Of a stretch of DNA of 64,000 bases, positions 60,484 to 64,000 are shown in pieces. Location: positions 1,777,497 to 1,841,496 of the forward strand of contig CP129489.1 in NCBI GenBank assembly GCA_030584065.1, written 5' to 3'. Position numbers and translations under genes: made by a program. Numbering within the stretch: the stretch's first letter is position 1; every line of letters begins with the position of its first letter. The notes beneath the pieces were generated by a model, which had not been told where the DNA came from, made no database searches, and saw nothing but the letters and a program-made list of their open reading frames with translations. Source of the stretch: Flavobacteriales bacterium (GTDB taxonomy: Bacteria; Bacteroidota; Bacteroidia; Flavobacteriales_F; PHOS-HE28).

Positions 60484-63069
60484 TCACTGCACCACCAAGC
60501 GCTCGGTGAGCACGCGTCCCTCGACGCTCAGCTCCGCGACGTAGACCGCCGGGGGAAGCCCCGCCAGGTCGAGCACCGCACGCACGGTGCCGGCGGGTAT
60601 GCGCTCGGTGCGCCACAGCCGCCCATCGACGCCAAGCACGCGGAGCCGCGCATCGGTGCGTAGGGCCCTGGGCAGCACCAGCTCGGTGCGGCCGCCCGCC
60701 GGGTTGGGCTGCAGGCCGAAGGCGGAAAGCCCTTCAAGCGCGCCGAGGCCCGTGCTCAGGCATTCGTTGGGCACATCGAAGGCCTCCTGCTGATCGAAGC
60801 GGCTGAAGGAATCGCCCTGGTCGGCGCCGAGGCCAAGGCCGCGCCGTGCGAATGCATGCCAGATGAGGCAGGCGTTCTGGCCGCCGGTGAGCAGCTCATC
60901 GGCCAGCAGGATCGCATCGCGCCCGTCCACGAAGCCGGGGTTGCATGGCTGCAGCTTCATGCCATCCATCACCAGCTGGAGGGCCAGGTTGTTGCCGCCG
61001 GTCCCCGCATACAGGTCCGGATCGTAACCGTACTCGTCGACCAGTGCCCAGGTGAGGTCCCAGAGCATCGAAGCCCACACGAAGCCCACGCCGTGCGGCT
61101 GGGACAGGTCCCCCTCGTTGGTGGCGCCGTAGGTGTAGGGGTTGACGGACAGGTCCGTGGTGTATGGTGCAGGCCGGATGCCCGCTCCTGCCGGCCCCTG
61201 GTCGCGGACGAAGGTGCCCACGCCGCGCGGCATGGCGGCCGCATCGCCGGGCTGCATGGTCAGCACCATGCCGATGTAGTCGCTCCAGCCCTCGCCCATC
61301 TGCTCCTCGTTCCACAGACAGTCCACGTTGGCGGGACCGCCGGTGAGGCGGTTGCTGACACCGTGGCCGTACTCGTGCGCGATGATGCCATTGTCGAATC
61401 CCGAATCCCGCAGGTCCTCCCCATCCTCGCCCACCAGGGTGGCATTCACCGGGCCGTTGAGCAGCGCCTGCTTCAGCAGAAGGCCGTCCGCCTGCGAGAT
61501 CATCACGCTGGGGATCACGATGCCCTGTCCGCCAGTGCCGCCCATGGCGATGGGGTCGCCAGCCGTGTTGTTCACCACGATCACGGCCAGTGCACCGGCC
61601 GCCTGAAGGGCCTCCACCTTGCTGATGAAGGTGCATTGGCCGCGGTCCACCATGGCGATGCTGCCCGCGATGGCGCCCGCGTTGGTGAGCGCTTCGCAGG
61701 CGTTGTTCACCGGGGCCGTGCCGTCCTCGGCCAGCACGAGACCGGCCGTGATGGGCTCGGTGGGCAGCGGCGGACCGAAACCGGCCAGGGCATTCACGTA
61801 CACGCCCGCCACGGTGGCCGGGGCATTCACCGTGAGCGAGCTGTCAATGCCTGCGCGCCACAGGTACATCTGCATGCGGCCGCTCTGGCCGTCGGCCGGT
61901 GTGCCGAAGTTGGCGTTGTTCATGCCGCCGCCGTCCTGCGCCTGCGCGATCACCTCATCGTTGCCCTCGCCGCCGGCATCGAGGTTGTTGGCCTGGAAGT
62001 TCCCGCTCGCCGCATCGAAGCCATAGCGATGAAGGACATCGTGCAGCGCGTTGCAGGCGAAGAAGAGATTGGTGATGGAGGCGTCCAGGTAGTCCTGCGG
62101 CCCCTGCGGCGGCGCATAGTCGAAGTCGAAGCTCAGGGCGGCGCCGCCGTCCGGGCTGTAGCCCGGCTGGTCGTCGTCGTCCGCATCCTCGTAGGCGAAC
62201 ACGTTGTTGCCGCGGGTGATGGTGTACTCCGCCCCCGGCACGCCATCGGTATCGTGCCAGCCGAACGGCGATGCCTGTACGTCGGCGGGCTCGCTCACCA
62301 GCACCTGCGGGCCGTGGGCCGGGCTCTCCGTTGGGAAGGGGAACACGCGGTAGCCCGAGCCGTCGAGCGGCAGCGGAGCCGGAGGCGCGTCAGCGCGCAC
62401 GAGATCGCTGAGCGCGGAATACGGCCGGCCGAAGGCACCGGGCGCGTGGCTGCAGCGCACGATGCGGTCCATGGCGTGCACGATGGCGCCGTTGGATGCA
62501 TCCACCGCCAAGTGCCACCAGTTGGGCGCATCGGCCGCACGGATGGTGAGCTCCCAGCAGAGCAGCACGGCACCCTCGGCGCCCACGGCATACGACAGCC
62601 GCGCCGGTATGGGGTCCAAGGAGACCCCAGCGCCATCGAGCAGCAGCTCGGTGGGCGAGCGCTCCTCGAGCACGCGGGGCGAGGCCTCGCCCAGGCCGAG
62701 CTCGCGAGCGGCACGGCGCAGCGCCCCCTGAGCATCCAAAGCCGGCTGCGGCACCGATGCGCGCTGGGTCAGGCCGCGCTGCAGGCGATCGCCGTGGCCC
62801 ACCACCTGGCCTTGGCGCACGGCGAAGTTGGCCACGGCGCCCAGCACGGGCAGGCCATGGACGGTCTGCTGGATGTACACGTAGCTCACGCCCTTGCGAT
62901 CGGCGTGCATGTCGGTGACGGCATAGGCGGAGGCCTCTTCGGCCGTGAGGCCGAGCGCCGTATGCCGCTCCAGCATCCAGCGCTGGACAACGGTTTCAGC
63001 ATCCTGTGACCAGGCCGGGGCGGCGAAGGCGCAGGCGATGAGGAGCGGCAGGCGGTTGGAATGGAGCAT
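60484..63069 (-). CDS. M36 (fungalysin-like) zinc metalloprotease with PA domain and T9SS C-terminal sorting domain
   Basis: Signal peptide MLHSNRLPLLIACAFAAPAWSQ; HEYGHG zinc motif; C-terminal CTD ...VYVAELSVEGRVLTERLVVQ. Confidence 0.75.
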   Translation of the reverse strand: MLHSNRLPLLIACAFAAPAWSQDAETVVQRWMLERHTALGLTAEEASAYAVTDMHADRKGVSYVYIQQTVHGLPVLGAVANFAVRQGQVVGHGDRLQRGLTQRASVPQPALDAQGALRRAARELGLGEASPRVLEERSPTELLLDGAGVSLDPIPARLSYAVGAEGAVLLCWELTIRAADAPNWWHLAVDASNGAIVHAMDRIVRCSHAPGAFGRPYSALSDLVRADAPPAPLPLDGSGYRVFPFPTESPAHGPQVLVSEPADVQASPFGWHDTDGVPGAEYTITRGNNVFAYEDADDDDQPGYSPDGGAALSFDFDYAPPQGPQDYLDASITNLFFACNALHDVLHRYGFDAASGNFQANNLDAGGEGNDEVIAQAQDGGGMNNANFGTPADGQSGRMQMYLWRAGIDSSLTVNAPATVAGVYVNALAGFGPPLPTEPITAGLVLAEDGTAPVNNACEALTNAGAIAGSIAMVDRGQCTFISKVEALQAAGALAVIVVNNTAGDPIAMGGTGGQGIVIPSVMISQADGLLLKQALLNGPVNATLVGEDGEDLRDSGFDNGIIAHEYGHGVSNRLTGGPANVDCLWNEEQMGEGWSDYIGMVLTMQPGDAAAMPRGVGTFVRDQGPAGAGIRPAPYTTDLSVNPYTYGATNEGDLSQPHGVGFVWASMLWDLTWALVDEYGYDPDLYAGTGGNNLALQLVMDGMKLQPCNPGFVDGRDAILLADELLTGGQNACLIWHAFARRGLGLGADQGDSFSRFDQQEAFDVPNECLSTGLGALEGLSAFGLQPNPAGGRTELVLPRALRTDARLRVLGVDGRLWRTERIPAGTVRAVLDLAGLPPAVYVAELSVEGRVLTERLVVQ

Positions 63070-63391
63070 GGTGACAGGGAAGCGGGATGCCCGGTTCCGG
63101 GCCCAACGAATGTAGCGGGCCTCCGCCATCACCGATCGACCGTTCCGCTTGCCAGGCTTGGGGAGCAGCACGCCATGCCGCTCCGGCCCGCCGCTGCCGG
63201 AGAGCCGTGGCGGCGAAGACCCGCCTCTCCATCCTGCGCGTCGACGACCGCCATGCCCCTGGCCTGCACCGCTTGCGCAGGGGCGGGCTTCATGACCGAC
63301 GCCAGCCTGATCCCCGCCATCGCAAGGAATGGCGCAGTCCACCTGGACCGCCGCCTTCCAGAGCCCCCCTCGGACCTCCGGGTCCCCATGC

Positions 63392-64000
63392 TCATTGTTC
63401 GCGGATCAATCGGCCGCTGCCGGTGATGGCACTGGTCACCAGCGCCGGATCCCCAGCGTAGTACACGTCACCCACGCTCCGCACCTGCGCATCGAGCGAC
63501 TCCCGGGCACGGCAGCGGATGTCGGCTACGCTGCTGTTGTTCACGTTCACCCATCGGGCATCCATGGCCGCAGCGTCGATGGGCGCCATGATGCCGCTGT
63601 AGAGGTTGAGCTCGCCGCACCGTCCGCGCAGGATCACCGTACCCGCACCGGTGTGGAGGGCGATGTCGGCGCGGTCGGCGCGCAGCAGCAGCATGCACTC
63701 GCCCTGCCCCCCGCGCTGCTCGAGCAGGAATGACGGCGCCCGCAACGTGTCCGCACAGCTCACTCGTCCGGTGCCGTTCAGCTGCAGCCGCTCCAGGGCG
63801 GCCGCCGGGGCGCGCACGGTGATGCGCGGCTTGAAGCTGCGCACCCAATTGCAGGTGTTGCGGTTGCGGATGCGCAGCGTGCCGCCCTCCAGCTCCGTGT
63901 CCACCTGCCCCAGCAGGTTGGCCCCCGCCTCCACGATCACCGTGCCCGGCGTGCGGTCCTCGAGCACCAGATCCACGCGGTCGTCGAGCACGATGGCCCG
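63392..64000 (-). CDS. head-GIN/DUF2807 domain putative adhesin, C-terminal part (N-terminus beyond the window)
   Basis: Repetitive beta-solenoid-like sequence ...GSGRLIREQ; partial. Confidence 0.45.
   Translation of the reverse strand, partial: RAIVLDDRVDLVLEDRTPGTVIVEAGANLLGQVDTELEGGTLRIRNRNTCNWVRSFKPRITVRAPAAALERLQLNGTGRVSCADTLRAPSFLLEQRGGQGECMLLLRADRADIALHTGAGTVILRGRCGELNLYSGIMAPIDAAAMDARWVNVNNSSVADIRCRARESLDAQVRSVGDVYYAGDPALVTSAITGSGRLIREQ

Overview
This 64-kb window is high-GC (about 65%) and looks like a Bacteroidota-type chromosome. The lineage call is inference from four things: a complete Na+-NQR operon with apbE; several Type IX secretion (T9SS) C-terminal-domain proteins plus a T9SS plug-like DUF5103 protein; an OlsF-like aminolipid synthase; and an M23/LysM peptidase. 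The first 20 kb are ordinary housekeeping genes on both strands: nqrABCDEF-apbE, an NhaP2 antiporter, a phosphohistidine phosphatase, an LpxH-like phosphoesterase, tRNA-Leu(CAG) and a frameshifted cold-shock gene. The middle 20–49 kb is an accessory/defence region in heavy decay, with five notable contents. (1) dinD sits next to an HNH_2-type endonuclease remnant that has no start codon and a frameshift. (2) A Dcm-like m5C methyltransferase, a 398-aa restriction-enzyme candidate and vsr form a translationally coupled trio; vsr is split by two related but distinct IS3-family elements with 4-bp target duplications AGGG and GGAA, and an intact 144-aa Vsr can be rebuilt from three pieces. (3) An HNH nuclease ORF and a ParB/DGQHR-like ORF lie in one frame separated by a single amber codon. 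(4) Six direct-repeat copies of the 3' terminus of the fused isobutyryl-CoA mutase gene icmF (35 bp to 1.5 kb) lie downstream of icmF. Between successive copies sit single cassettes: an orphan DUF2281 antitoxin, a PIN toxin-antitoxin pair, a czc/P-type-ATPase/HMA/DUF3703 heavy-metal module, and a PD-(D/E)XK-like nuclease gene. This looks like serial site-specific integration at the icmF 3' end. A ~220-bp copy of the icmF 5' end also bounds a separate 1.9-kb AT-rich three-gene insert upstream of icmF. (5) Small mobile repeats are present: two ~190-bp MITE-like inserts and three short hairpin inserts in the displaced icmF copies, and two in-frame palindromic insertions inside the intact icmF. 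The last 15 kb carry T9SS cargo (two paralogous CTD proteins, a CTD esterase, a CTD M36 metalloprotease), a GNAT-nitrilase fusion, an Ntn-hydrolase, ftsH, and a decayed sodium:dicarboxylate-type symporter gene. Many long ORFs in the six-frame track are antisense artefacts of GC-rich coding sequence and were ignored.
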